The notes below the pieces were generated by a model. It worked only from the letters and a program-made list of their open reading frames with translations, made no database searches and had not been told where the DNA came from. A stretch of 64,000 nucleotides of DNA from an uncultured Nitrospinaceae bacterium (lineage in GTDB: Bacteria > Nitrospinota > Nitrospinia > Nitrospinales > VA-1): NCBI GenBank assembly GCA_964584125.1, contig CAZOYP010000001.1, forward strand, positions 54,952 to 118,951. The letters are read 5' to 3'. This document shows positions 1-9,057 of this stretch, piece by piece (the stretch's first letter is position 1; each line of letters begins with the position of its first letter). Both the position numbers and the translations under genes were made by a program.

Positions 1-1
1 T

Positions 2-664
2 AGATATGACACTATATTTGTTTTTACCGAAAGTATTTTTAGCATGGAGGGAGACTACCCCGATTTAAAAAACCTAATTCAACTAAAAAAAAAATATCCC
101 TTTATTCTTATACTTGATGAAGCTCATGGTACTGGTGTAATGGGAAAATCTGGAGCTGGGTTAGCTGAAGAAACCGGTACTACAAATGATGTTGACATTA
201 TAATGGGCACTTTTGGGAAGTCCCTTGCAGGAATGGGTGCTTATGTATTGACAAATCTATTACCTACGATTGAATATTTAACAAACAAGGCCGGTGAGTA
301 CATATATTCAACATTTCTACCCCCCTTTCAAACAGGTGTTGCAATAGCAACTATTGATATAATAAGAAGTGCAGATGATAAACGAAAATCACTGAAGACT
401 ATATCCCAGTGGCTTAGAAATACTCTATCAGAATATATAGATGTACAAACTAACTATAATACCCCTATAATTCCAATAATTATTGGAGATAGTGCCTCTA
501 CCCTTAAACTTCAATCATCATTTCTTAGTAAAGGGATAATTGTCGGGGCCGTTCGTCCACCTACTGTTCCCTATGATAGTTCAAGAATTCGTTTGTCACT
601 TAATTCTGAGCTAACAGAAGAAAAATTAGAGCCATTAATTTCGGTCATCAAGGAGTATTCATAA
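2..664 (+). CDS. bioF: 8-amino-7-oxononanoate synthase (BioF/KBL-type PLP enzyme), C-terminal part; 5' end lies outside the window
   Basis: The frame stays open to the window edge (RYDTIFVFTESIFSMEGD). Motifs DEAHGTGVMG and the PLP-lysine block GTFGKSLAGMGAY are present. An esterase and bioC follow. Confidence 0.85.
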   Translation, partial: RYDTIFVFTESIFSMEGDYPDLKNLIQLKKKYPFILILDEAHGTGVMGKSGAGLAEETGTTNDVDIIMGTFGKSLAGMGAYVLTNLLPTIEYLTNKAGEYIYSTFLPPFQTGVAIATIDIIRSADDKRKSLKTISQWLRNTLSEYIDVQTNYNTPIIPIIIGDSASTLKLQSSFLSKGIIVGAVRPPTVPYDSSRIRLSLNSELTEEKLEPLISVIKEYS

Positions 665-666
665 TC

Positions 667-1296
667 ATGAAAATTACTGCAATTTCAGGTTGGGCAATTC
701 CACCTGAATGGTTTTCTGAACAAATAGAAAAATATTTTATAAACTCTGATATTAATGTAATCTATCCAACCAATCCATTTGACACTGAAGAAGCTCGTAT
801 AAAGCTAAATGAAAAGCCTGCCGATTTATACCTAGGGTATTCACTTGGAAGCCTTTGGATGTTTAGGCATCGTGAGCTTTTTCCAAAGAAATCTATTAAA
901 GCAGTTCTTGCACCTATTCTTGCTTTTACAAAGGAACATAATATGGGAGGGAAAACAACTTCCGCACAACTAAACTACCTTATAAAACTACTGAAAAGAA
1001 GTGATGACGAGAACCCACTAATGGACTTTTATGCAAATTGTGATATTCCTTTCCCTAAAATACTCCTAAGGACTTTACCCAGCCGTTCTATTTTAATAAG
1101 AGGATTAGAGTTTCTTCAGTCAGTAATTGCTTCTAAAAATTCAGTATTCGATTTCAAGGTTATTGTAGGAGACAATGATATTTTTCTCGATGCAATTAAG
1201 TTAAAAAACTTAATACCTCAAACACAAATAGTTTCAGGAGCTGGACATGCTCCAGATCAACTTCTTAATAAGTTAGCTAAGATAATCAACCAATAA
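667..1296 (+). CDS. Short alpha/beta-hydrolase, probable pimeloyl-ACP methyl ester esterase (BioH/BioG-type)
   Basis: It has the nucleophile elbow GYSLGS and a C-terminal GAGHAP histidine. It starts 2 nt after the bioF stop and sits between bioF and bioC. At 209 aa it fits BioG-size esterases better than BioH. Confidence 0.6.
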   Translation: MKITAISGWAIPPEWFSEQIEKYFINSDINVIYPTNPFDTEEARIKLNEKPADLYLGYSLGSLWMFRHRELFPKKSIKAVLAPILAFTKEHNMGGKTTSAQLNYLIKLLKRSDDENPLMDFYANCDIPFPKILLRTLPSRSILIRGLEFLQSVIASKNSVFDFKVIVGDNDIFLDAIKLKNLIPQTQIVSGAGHAPDQLLNKLAKIINQ

Positions 1297-1457
1297 TTAG
1301 ACTTCAAACTTTTTATTAATCTTAAGGAAATATATTATTTTTTTTTAAAAAAAAACAATTAAATTTTCTATTTACTAAAGGTTTTTAGAGTTCAAGGTTC
1401 ATTCCCACTTACCTTAAAATTTTGTAATTTAAGACTCCCATTCGATTCCTAGAATCC

Positions 1458-2225
1458 ATGACTAATGATAAATTTATAAATGGAAAAAAACTAAGAATTG
1501 AGTTCAATTTTTCTAAATATGCTCATGCCTATGATAATCATGCTCAATTACAAAAAATGATGGCAGAAAAATTAGCTTCATTTCTTCCAGATGCTATGCC
1601 TGAAAGAGTATTAGAAATTGGATGTGGCACAGGTATGTTTACAAAACATCTACTGGCAAAGCCTGCAGAAAAAATATTTCTTAACGATATTTCAGATGAA
1701 ATGCTTAAGCATATGAAGTTAAAGTTATCACTCCCACCCGATATTCAAATTGTTGCAGGAAATGCTGAATTTCTGCAATTTCAACCTGTTGATATGATCA
1801 CTGCTAATGCAGTATTTCAATGGTTCAGCGATCCTAGAAGTATATTGAATCATTTAAAAACTTATATCAGGCCAAATGGAAGGTTGATTTTTAGCACCTT
1901 TGGACCATCAACTCTTAAAGAACTGAGAATAATAGCCAGATTAAAAAGCCCCATTCCACTCTATTCTGAAACCCAATGGATTAGTTTAATAAATGAATCT
2001 GGTATGACTTTGAGTTCATCAGCAAATGAAAAACATAAAACATTTTTTCCTAGTGCACTGCATTTGCTCAAAAATCTCCAACAAATAGGGGCTGCACCAA
2101 CCAGAATGGCTACTTCAAAAGAAATACGTCGAATATTAAATGAATATGATCAAACATATTTATCAAAACAAGGTGTATATGCAAACTGGGAATTATTATA
2201 TTTTTCAGCTATAAATAAACAATAA
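1458..2225 (+). CDS. bioC: Malonyl-ACP O-methyltransferase
   Basis: The N-terminus FSKYAHAYDNHAQLQ and the SAM motif VLEIGCGTGMFT match BioC, and the biotin-gene context supports it. Confidence 0.8.
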   Translation: MTNDKFINGKKLRIEFNFSKYAHAYDNHAQLQKMMAEKLASFLPDAMPERVLEIGCGTGMFTKHLLAKPAEKIFLNDISDEMLKHMKLKLSLPPDIQIVAGNAEFLQFQPVDMITANAVFQWFSDPRSILNHLKTYIRPNGRLIFSTFGPSTLKELRIIARLKSPIPLYSETQWISLINESGMTLSSSANEKHKTFFPSALHLLKNLQQIGAAPTRMATSKEIRRILNEYDQTYLSKQGVYANWELLYFSAINKQ

Positions 2226-2288
2226 AACGGGTTTCATGATATAGATAGCAATTTTTTTAAAATGCAATAACGATATAATATTCATTTA

Positions 2289-4145
2289 ATGCCAGATTTT
2301 TTAAAAAATAATCTAATAATTTTAAATAATAAATCGCCAGAACTTTATTCCTTAATTAAAAAAAACCAAAATGACGATCAATTTAAGATAAGTAAATCTA
2401 AGTTAGGAGTACCCACATTATCAAAGATTTTGCCGGATGGAAGGAATAAGGCCCTGCACAGTAAATACAATCCATTGCATGAAGCCACACAATTAATAGA
2501 TTCGAATTATTCAAAAGAAATATCTAATTATATATTAATGGGCCTAGGGTTGGGGTATCACTTAATAGATCTTAATAAAAGAATATCCGCGCAAGACCGC
2601 ATTATTATATTCGAAAAAAATTCAGCTGTAGCAAAGTTAGCATTATCCCAAAATGATTTTACTGAAGTCTTAAGTAATCCAGCAGTAAGCTTCTATATTG
2701 GTATTGATCCAAATAAAATTGAACAAATTTTATACAAGGATCGTACTAATTTAGCCATTCATGGATACACTTCAATAACCCTTAAAACTATAGTTGAGCT
2801 TGATAGGGATTATTACCAATTATTAATGACGGAGCTAAATCAAGCTTATCAAAAATATAAGCTTGATATTGACACACAATCTGTTTACTCAAAAAAGTTT
2901 TATAACAATATATTTGCTAACGCTAAATCTATAATAGAAAGCCCTGGGATTTTACAATTAAAAAATATTTTTTCACAACTACCAGCTGTGCTGGTTTCAG
3001 CAGGTCCGTCCCTTGACAAAAATATTGGTTTTATTAAAAGTGCAAGAAACCAAATTCTTGTTATCACAGCAGCAACAGCACTGAAGCCTTTGTTAAAAAA
3101 CAAGATTGAACCCGACTTTGTTATAGCAATTGACCCAAATGAGGAAACCATAGAATCTTTTAATATTGAATTGATACCTGAAAACTTATGGCTGATTTAT
3201 GATCCATGTATTCCTTATTCGGTAAGTTCTCTTTTTAATTCAAGAAAAATAATTATGGGAAGTAGTATAGAACTAGCAAAATGGATAATTGATCATAGTG
3301 AAGGGAAAGGATTTATTGAAAACACATCCTCAGTGGCACACGCATCATTTCATTTAGCTAAACATATGGGTTGTGAGCCGATTATTCTGGTTGGACAAGA
3401 TTTATCTTTTGAAGGACATCGTATGCACTGTACGGATTCTTTTTACAGTCAAGCTAATCAAGATAACATAGGAACTGATCGAACAATAAAGGTTCTTGAT
3501 TATAAAAAGTACACTGAATATAACCCTTCCATGGCATCAACAAAAGATATATTCGAACAAAATTCAAAAACAACAAAAGCCATGGAAACTTACAAAAATC
3601 AATTTAAAAAAGAAATAAATACTAATAGTATTACTGTTAATGCAACTGAGGGAGGAGTTAATATTCCTGGAGCCATAAACGTCTCTTTAAAAGAGGCACT
3701 GAATAAACACTGTAAAGACATTAAATTTTTTAAAGCTAGTGACTTATTACACGCTATTAAAAAACCTAAAAAAAATAGACTTCTTGAAGATTCAATCAAA
3801 CACCAATTAGAAAGGTTTAATGAAGTTAAAAACTCGTTACAAATAATTAACAATAAATATCTATCTGGCAAAGAATTATCAGAAAAAAAATCTCAATTTG
3901 TCTTAGAGATGGAATCCTTTTATTCAGAATTACTAAACGATGAAATAACAGTGGCACTAATGCAAGGTTATGATTACATAACATTCGTAGAGTGGAACCT
4001 GGAAACAAAAAAAATTAACAAGCTATCAGAAAATGAAAAAATAGAAAAAAAAATTGAGCGAGATCATAGGTTTATTAAAAAAACATCAAAAACATTAGAT
4101 TTTTTGTGTAAAAGCTTTAAAAAAATGGAATATCACTTACCCTAA
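2289..4145 (+). CDS. Motility-accessory-factor (Maf)/DUF115 family putative glycosyltransferase
   Basis: At 618 aa it has the central block PAVLVSAGPSLDKN ... AIDPN ... GQDLSF typical of MptE-like/DUF115 Maf proteins. Confidence 0.6.
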   Translation: MPDFLKNNLIILNNKSPELYSLIKKNQNDDQFKISKSKLGVPTLSKILPDGRNKALHSKYNPLHEATQLIDSNYSKEISNYILMGLGLGYHLIDLNKRISAQDRIIIFEKNSAVAKLALSQNDFTEVLSNPAVSFYIGIDPNKIEQILYKDRTNLAIHGYTSITLKTIVELDRDYYQLLMTELNQAYQKYKLDIDTQSVYSKKFYNNIFANAKSIIESPGILQLKNIFSQLPAVLVSAGPSLDKNIGFIKSARNQILVITAATALKPLLKNKIEPDFVIAIDPNEETIESFNIELIPENLWLIYDPCIPYSVSSLFNSRKIIMGSSIELAKWIIDHSEGKGFIENTSSVAHASFHLAKHMGCEPIILVGQDLSFEGHRMHCTDSFYSQANQDNIGTDRTIKVLDYKKYTEYNPSMASTKDIFEQNSKTTKAMETYKNQFKKEINTNSITVNATEGGVNIPGAINVSLKEALNKHCKDIKFFKASDLLHAIKKPKKNRLLEDSIKHQLERFNEVKNSLQIINNKYLSGKELSEKKSQFVLEMESFYSELLNDEITVALMQGYDYITFVEWNLETKKINKLSENEKIEKKIERDHRFIKKTSKTLDFLCKSFKKMEYHLP

Positions 4146-5122
4146 ATTTTCATGGCTTCAATTATAGTTGACCCATGACCAATCTCGATTTTTTTTATAC
4201 GAGCAAAACCGGTTTTTTTAAGCAATGAATTGACCTCGCTATAAGAATATGATTTTCCAGTTTTCGTATATAAAAGCATTGTAACAGCAAACATCGCTGC
4301 ATCATAAGGCTCTGTTCTTGAATCTTTTAAAAAAAGGTCATACAAAATAATTCGCCCACCATATACAAGGGCCTTATTTATTTTTTTTAAAATAACTTTA
4401 TTCTCACTAATATTATATATATGAATTATATTTGATAAAAAAACCGTATCGTATCCAATTCCAAATTCGTCAGAAAATAAATCGCCATTTATAAATTTTA
4501 TACGCTTGTAAAAAGATTTTTTTTTATGTAACTCGCGTGCAACTTTAATTGCAGCTTCCCGATCAATTAATGTTGCTGTAGCATTTTTATCTTTCTTTAA
4601 AATCGCAGCACTATAGGAACCCGGTCCTGCACCTATATCAATTAGATTCCCAATTTTTTGTTTTGTTACCAAACTTGCTATCTTGTCTGCATATAAGTTA
4701 CTCCGCTCATGCATAGCATAGGTAAAAAGAGTTCTAAAACTGGGATCATCTGATTCATCAAATTTTTTAAGATCTCTTCCTTTTTTGATGGTTTTTAAAA
4801 GATAGCTATATTCATCCCTACCATCAAGTTTTAACATAACCGTTCCCCTTTTGAAATCAGGGCTTGATTCGCAGAAATATTTGTAAGTAACAGATGTATT
4901 TTTATAAAAATCTTTATTAACTTTTAAAGCACCCATCGCTGTTAAAGCATTTAAAAGAATCTCTATACCCTCAACTTTGGTTTTAGTAATAAATGCTATT
5001 TGCTTAGCTAACAAAGATTTTTTTTTTAAAACTGAAAAAATCTTCAATTCCAAAGCACAGATTAAAACATTGGATTCTTCAAGTTGTTCAATTTTATTAA
5101 TAATATCCCTATAAGAAAGCAT
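4142..5122 (-). CDS. Class I SAM-dependent O-methyltransferase with an N-terminal dimerisation/wHTH-like domain
   Basis: It carries the SAM motif LIDIGAGPGSYS and a Methyltransf_2-like length (326 aa). Its stop overlaps the maf-like stop, and the two genes are convergent. Confidence 0.7.
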   Translation of the reverse strand: MLSYRDIINKIEQLEESNVLICALELKIFSVLKKKSLLAKQIAFITKTKVEGIEILLNALTAMGALKVNKDFYKNTSVTYKYFCESSPDFKRGTVMLKLDGRDEYSYLLKTIKKGRDLKKFDESDDPSFRTLFTYAMHERSNLYADKIASLVTKQKIGNLIDIGAGPGSYSAAILKKDKNATATLIDREAAIKVARELHKKKSFYKRIKFINGDLFSDEFGIGYDTVFLSNIIHIYNISENKVILKKINKALVYGGRIILYDLFLKDSRTEPYDAAMFAVTMLLYTKTGKSYSYSEVNSLLKKTGFARIKKIEIGHGSTIIEAMKI

Positions 5123-5208
5123 AAAAATATCGTTGAAATACTATATAATTATTTTTAATTTGAAAGTAAGGATCATTTCTTTTAACTAGAATTTTGAGAA
5201 CAATATCA

Positions 5209-6024
5209 TCAGTATGCTATAAAACCTTTCTCAATGAGTTTAGTTAAATTCTTAAACATCAATTGAATAAAATAAGGAGGCTTGTTGTTTAACCCTTTCT
5301 TAATTATATGAAGAGCCTGACTTGATTCTCGTTTCTTATGATGTGCTAAGGCGAGTAGTAAATGCGACATATGCCACTTTTCACTATCAGGATATTGAGA
5401 AATCAAACGAGATAAAGGCCCTGAAACCTTTGAAATATTGCCTAATCGATAGTGTGACATACCTAAACCAAACAGTAAGTTGTCAGTTAACTCGTATGGT
5501 GGATTTGCCAGAAGTAACTGTTTAAATAAGTTTGCACTTTTAAAATACTGACGTTTTTTAAATAAACTAAATGCATTTTTATATTTCTTTGGTGAAAAAA
5601 TGGGATCTGGGGTGATAGTTTGGCTTAGTTTTTCAAGTTCTCTGTCAAATTTTTTATTTTCAAGTTTTATACTATCAATATTTTGCCCTAAACTTTCGAC
5701 ACGTTTTTTTTCCTCACCAATCCTATTGGATACCGTTGTATCCATAGATTTGATGTTGGGAATAAATCTCTTAACTCCTTCGCTTAATCCTATTTCATCC
5801 AAATCAAGTACATCAAGCTTTAGAAATAAATTTTCTATTTGTTCTTCAATTTCGTCAAACTTCGTTTGAAGAATTCGCCTCTGTTCTAACTCGTTTTCGT
5901 CTGCAGGAAGCCAAGAATGAAGATCCGATGGATTTATGGTTGAATCAATAGATTGGGATTCAGAACTAATCGAACAACCATATAAAATTAAAAATAAAAT
6001 TACTGAGATATATTTTTTAGTCAT
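5209..6024 (-). CDS. YbgF/CpoB-like coiled-coil + TPR periplasmic (lipo)protein
   Basis: The N-terminal signal has Cys (LILYGCS). A coiled-coil middle region is followed by a C-terminal TPR-like block (YKNAFSLFKKRQYFKSA...QYPDSEKW). Confidence 0.5.
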   Translation of the reverse strand: MTKKYISVILFLILYGCSISSESQSIDSTINPSDLHSWLPADENELEQRRILQTKFDEIEEQIENLFLKLDVLDLDEIGLSEGVKRFIPNIKSMDTTVSNRIGEEKKRVESLGQNIDSIKLENKKFDRELEKLSQTITPDPIFSPKKYKNAFSLFKKRQYFKSANLFKQLLLANPPYELTDNLLFGLGMSHYRLGNISKVSGPLSRLISQYPDSEKWHMSHLLLALAHHKKRESSQALHIIKKGLNNKPPYFIQLMFKNLTKLIEKGFIAY

Positions 6025-6108
6025 TTTTATTAAAAAATTGTTTTATAATTCAAATATAACGTTTTTTATGGTAATGGAATACATCAATTATTTCAAGTGG
6101 TTAGATAA

Positions 6109-6999
6109 GTGAAAGATTATTATTCAATATTAGGAGTATCTCGTAATGCTTTAGATGCAGATGTTAAAAAAGCATTTCGAAAAAAAGCTATGGATTATCA
6201 TCCTGATAGAAATAAGGACAACCCAAAAGCCGAAGAAAAATTTAAAGAAGTTAATGAAGCATACGCTGTTTTAAGTGATAAAAACAAACGATCTCAATAT
6301 GATCAGTTTGGAAGTGATGGGTTTCATAAACGTTTTTCAAGAGAAGATATCTTCCGAGACTTTGACTTTGGAGATATGTTTAGCTCTTTTGGATCACAAT
6401 CAGGTTCTGGTGGCACTAGGGGCTTTCCTGACCTAGATAGCTTTATGTCTGGTCATGGTTTTGGAGGGCCACGTACACGCAAAGGACAAGATATAAGGCA
6501 GGATTTTTATATTTCTTTTAATGAGGCTGCTCTAGGAACACAACGTAGTATTATTGTTGAATTAAATGGAAAAAAAACAGAGACAACTTTTAAAGTACCT
6601 GGAGGTTCTAAAGACAGATCTCGGTTACGACTAGTAGGAAAAGGCCAACCTGGAACAAATGGCGGGTCACCCGGAGATCTATATCTCAATATTCGTATTA
6701 ATAAACACCCTCACTTCTCAAGGGAAGGCGACGATATAGTAATTAGTAAAGAAATATGCCCAACTGAAGCCTTGCTTGGTACTACTGTTGAAATTCCCAC
6801 ACTAAAAGATTCGAAACAATTAACTATTCCCCCTTGTACCCAAAGCCACACGAAACTTAGGCTTAAAGGAGTAGGTATACCCTACAATCAAGGGAAAATG
6901 ACAGGAGATCAGTTAGTTCGCATTATTGTCAAATACCCAAAAAAATTAACGAATCAACAACTTGAGCTAGTTCACAAGCTAAAAGACTCTGGCTTGTAA
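6109..6999 (+). CDS. cbpA: DnaJ-class co-chaperone without a zinc finger (CbpA-like)
   Basis: It uses a GTG start. The J-domain reads DYYSILGV...YHPDRNKD and is followed by a G/F-rich linker. The Cys-rich zinc-finger region is absent. Length is 296 aa. Confidence 0.75.
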   Translation: MKDYYSILGVSRNALDADVKKAFRKKAMDYHPDRNKDNPKAEEKFKEVNEAYAVLSDKNKRSQYDQFGSDGFHKRFSREDIFRDFDFGDMFSSFGSQSGSGGTRGFPDLDSFMSGHGFGGPRTRKGQDIRQDFYISFNEAALGTQRSIIVELNGKKTETTFKVPGGSKDRSRLRLVGKGQPGTNGGSPGDLYLNIRINKHPHFSREGDDIVISKEICPTEALLGTTVEIPTLKDSKQLTIPPCTQSHTKLRLKGVGIPYNQGKMTGDQLVRIIVKYPKKLTNQQLELVHKLKDSGL

Positions 7000-7043
7000 T
7001 ATAAGATATACGCCAGGCATCAAATCTCTACTTAAGTAAGGAG

Positions 7044-7349
7044 TTGTTCACTGTGGCTTCAGTAAACTTTATACCCGACAAAGTAGTTCATCACATAGCT
7101 GATGGTAGTCGGTTAATTGAGGTATGTGATGAAACCGGAGTCTCTTTATCTTTTGGTTGTACTGAAGGGAGTTGTGGTGTTTGTGAGCTTACAGTGTTAG
7201 AGGGGAGGGATAATTTATCAAAAATTACGGACGAGGAGAAAAATTATTTACTCCCTGACGATTTAGAAGGAGGAATGCGCTTGGGATGCCAATTAAAAAT
7301 CCGAAAAGGTGATGTAAGCCTGACTTGGAGAAAAAATAAAAAAAATTAA
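7044..7349 (+). CDS. 2Fe-2S ferredoxin-domain protein
   Basis: The pattern C-x4-C-x2-C (CTEGSCGVC) plus a distal Cys (LGCQL) is present. The start codon is uncertain (TTG at 7044 or a downstream GTG). Confidence 0.7.
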   Translation: MFTVASVNFIPDKVVHHIADGSRLIEVCDETGVSLSFGCTEGSCGVCELTVLEGRDNLSKITDEEKNYLLPDDLEGGMRLGCQLKIRKGDVSLTWRKNKKN

Positions 7350-7409
7350 AATTTCCCCCAATTTGTTTACCTATTTTTTTTATTTATTTTATCACCGAAT
7401 GTATTATCT

Positions 7410-7438
7410 ATTGACTTATCTTTAATCAACAAATAGAA
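7410..7438 (+). promoter_or_regulatory. Sigma70-like promoter of the pyr operon (TTGACT-17 nt-TAGAAT)
   Basis: TTGACT lies at 7410-7415, a 17-nt spacer follows, and TAGAAT lies at 7433-7438. This places the transcription start just upstream of the PyrR-binding hairpin. Confidence 0.45.
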
Positions 7439-7459
7439 TATTAAATGCTACTAATATAA

Positions 7460-7495
7460 CTCTTTAAACCGGTCCTGAGAGGCCGATAAGGGATC
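7460..7495 (+). promoter_or_regulatory. PyrR-binding RNA hairpin (anti-antiterminator) in the pyr leader
   Basis: The sequence CUCUUUAAACCGGUCCUGAGAGGCCGAUAAGGGAUC contains the conserved PyrR recognition core UCC(A/U)GAGAGGC. Flanking UCUUUA can pair with UAAGGG. Confidence 0.65.
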
Positions 7496-7523
7496 AATGA
7501 TATACATGACAAGCAAGATTGCT

Positions 7524-7560
7524 CCTTCGTGGAAACAACTTCCGTAGGGGCTATTTTTTT
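7524..7560 (+). terminator. Attenuator (intrinsic) terminator of the pyr leader
   Basis: The stem CCUUCGUGGAA / UUCCGUAGGGG (loop ACAAC, several G-U pairs, one mismatch) is followed by CUAUUUUUUU. The 5' arm CUCCUU can alternatively pair with AAGGG of the PyrR hairpin. Confidence 0.55.
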
Positions 7561-7579
7561 GCCTAAATTTGGTGCCAAA

Positions 7580-8125
7580 TTGAATAACCTAGCTTTTAGT
7601 AACACAGATATTTCCAGAGCAATAAGCCGTATTACCCACGAAATATTGGAAAAAAATAAAGGTGCTGAAAATTTAGCTCTAATTGGGATCCGCACTCGGG
7701 GTGTAACCCTCGCAAATAGAATTCGAAAAAAAATCAGTGATATTGAGGGTATAGAGATAGATCTCGGGGTTTTAGATATAACTTTATACCGTGACGATTT
7801 AGATGCTGGCAAACGCAATCCTATGATAGAAAAAACAACCATTCCTTTTCCTTTGGAAGATAAACAAGTTGTCCTAATTGATGATGTACTTTTTACAGGT
7901 AGAACGATAAGGGCAGCAATTGATGCCCTTATTGACATTGGCAGACCGGCCAATGTTCAACTTGGTGTGCTAATAGATAGAGGACACAGAGAGCTTCCGA
8001 TTAGAGCAGACTATGTAGGTAAAAATATTCCAACAGCTAAAAACAGTCGAGTTCAAGTATTACTAAAAGAAGATGACGGTAAAGATGAAGTTTTCATATT
8101 AGATGATTTAAAAAAAAATAAATGA
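7580..8125 (+). CDS. pyrR: Bifunctional pyr mRNA-binding attenuation protein / uracil phosphoribosyltransferase PyrR
   Basis: It has [12 protein letters not shown], the PRPP-binding loop [17 protein letters not shown], and DITLYRDDL. The ORF-track GTG at 7529 lies inside the terminator stem, so TTG at 7580 (GGTG 5 nt upstream) fits family length better. Confidence 0.85.
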   Translation: MNNLAFSNTDISRAISRITHEILEKNKGAENLALIGIRTRGVTLANRIRKKISDIEGIEIDLGVLDITLYRDDLDAGKRNPMIEKTTIPFPLEDKQVVLIDDVLFTGRTIRAAIDALIDIGRPANVQLGVLIDRGHRELPIRADYVGKNIPTAKNSRVQVLLKEDDGKDEVFILDDLKKNK

Positions 8126-9057
8126 TGTTTACTATTAAAAATATTTTAGGAACCCGGTCCTTAAGCCAAGAAGATATAACTACTATATTAGATGCAACTG
8201 ATTCATTCAAAGAAATTTCTACACGCCCGATTAAAAAGGTGCCGACGTTAAGGGGAAAAACTATAATCAATTTATTTTTTGAACCAAGTACTCGAACTCG
8301 TACTTCGTTTGAAATAGCAGGGAAAAGGCTAAGCGCTGATGTAATAAATATTTCAGGATCCTCAAGCAGTACAGTTAAAGGTGAAAATCTAATAGATACG
8401 GCCTTAAACCTTGAAGCTATGCGCCCAGATATTATGGTTGTACGTCATGGACTTTCTGGGGCTGCTGAAATGATTTCTCGTTTTGTTCATTGCCCAATTA
8501 TAAATGCGGGCGATGGATATCATGAACACCCTACTCAAGCTTTACTAGACTTATATACAATTAGAGAAGCAAAAGGTAACTTAAAAGGATTAGACATAGT
8601 AATCGTTGGTGATATAGCACACAGTAGAGTAGTCAGGTCCAATATTTACGCTATGAAAACGATGGGTATGAACGTGAAACTCATCGGACCACCAACTATG
8701 ATTCCGCTGGGAATAGAAAAAATGGGAGTTGATATCAGTTATTGCTTAAAAGGTGCAATATCAAACGCGGACGTAATCATGATGCTTCGCCTGCAAAAAG
8801 AAAGGCAAAGCCAGTTCCTGTTACCCAGTATTCGCGAATACTCTAATCTTTATTGCCTTACTACAAAACTTTTAGAAGAAGCAAAAGAAGATGTGCTTAT
8901 TTTTCACCCTGGTCCAGTCAATCGTGGAATTGAAATCTCTTTAGATGTAATGGAAAGTGATCGATCACTTATATTAAATCAGGTTACTAACGGAGTAGCA
9001 CTTCGCATGGCACTAATGTACCACATTCTTGGGGGTAATAATGACCGTATTAATTAA
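8122..9057 (+). CDS. pyrB: Aspartate carbamoyltransferase catalytic subunit
   Basis: Motifs [21 protein letters not shown] and HPGPVNRG are present. The start overlaps the pyrR stop. Confidence 0.92.
   Translation: MMFTIKNILGTRSLSQEDITTILDATDSFKEISTRPIKKVPTLRGKTIINLFFEPSTRTRTSFEIAGKRLSADVINISGSSSSTVKGENLIDTALNLEAMRPDIMVVRHGLSGAAEMISRFVHCPIINAGDGYHEHPTQALLDLYTIREAKGNLKGLDIVIVGDIAHSRVVRSNIYAMKTMGMNVKLIGPPTMIPLGIEKMGVDISYCLKGAISNADVIMMLRLQKERQSQFLLPSIREYSNLYCLTTKLLEEAKEDVLIFHPGPVNRGIEISLDVMESDRSLILNQVTNGVALRMALMYHILGGNNDRIN

Noticed and set aside
1381-1457. tRNA-like T-loop strings (GGTTCATTCCC, TTCGATTCC) between the esterase and bioC
   Set aside because: I could not build complementary T-stem, acceptor or anticodon arms around them. 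They may be chance matches or an unrecognisable relic, and they do not support a tRNA call.
7441-7953. 170-aa minus-strand ORF covering the pyr leader and most of pyrR
   Set aside because: It is antisense to a clearly recognisable pyrR gene and to the PyrR hairpin/terminator. Its composition is Ser/Ile/Arg-rich and low-complexity, typical of a shadow ORF.
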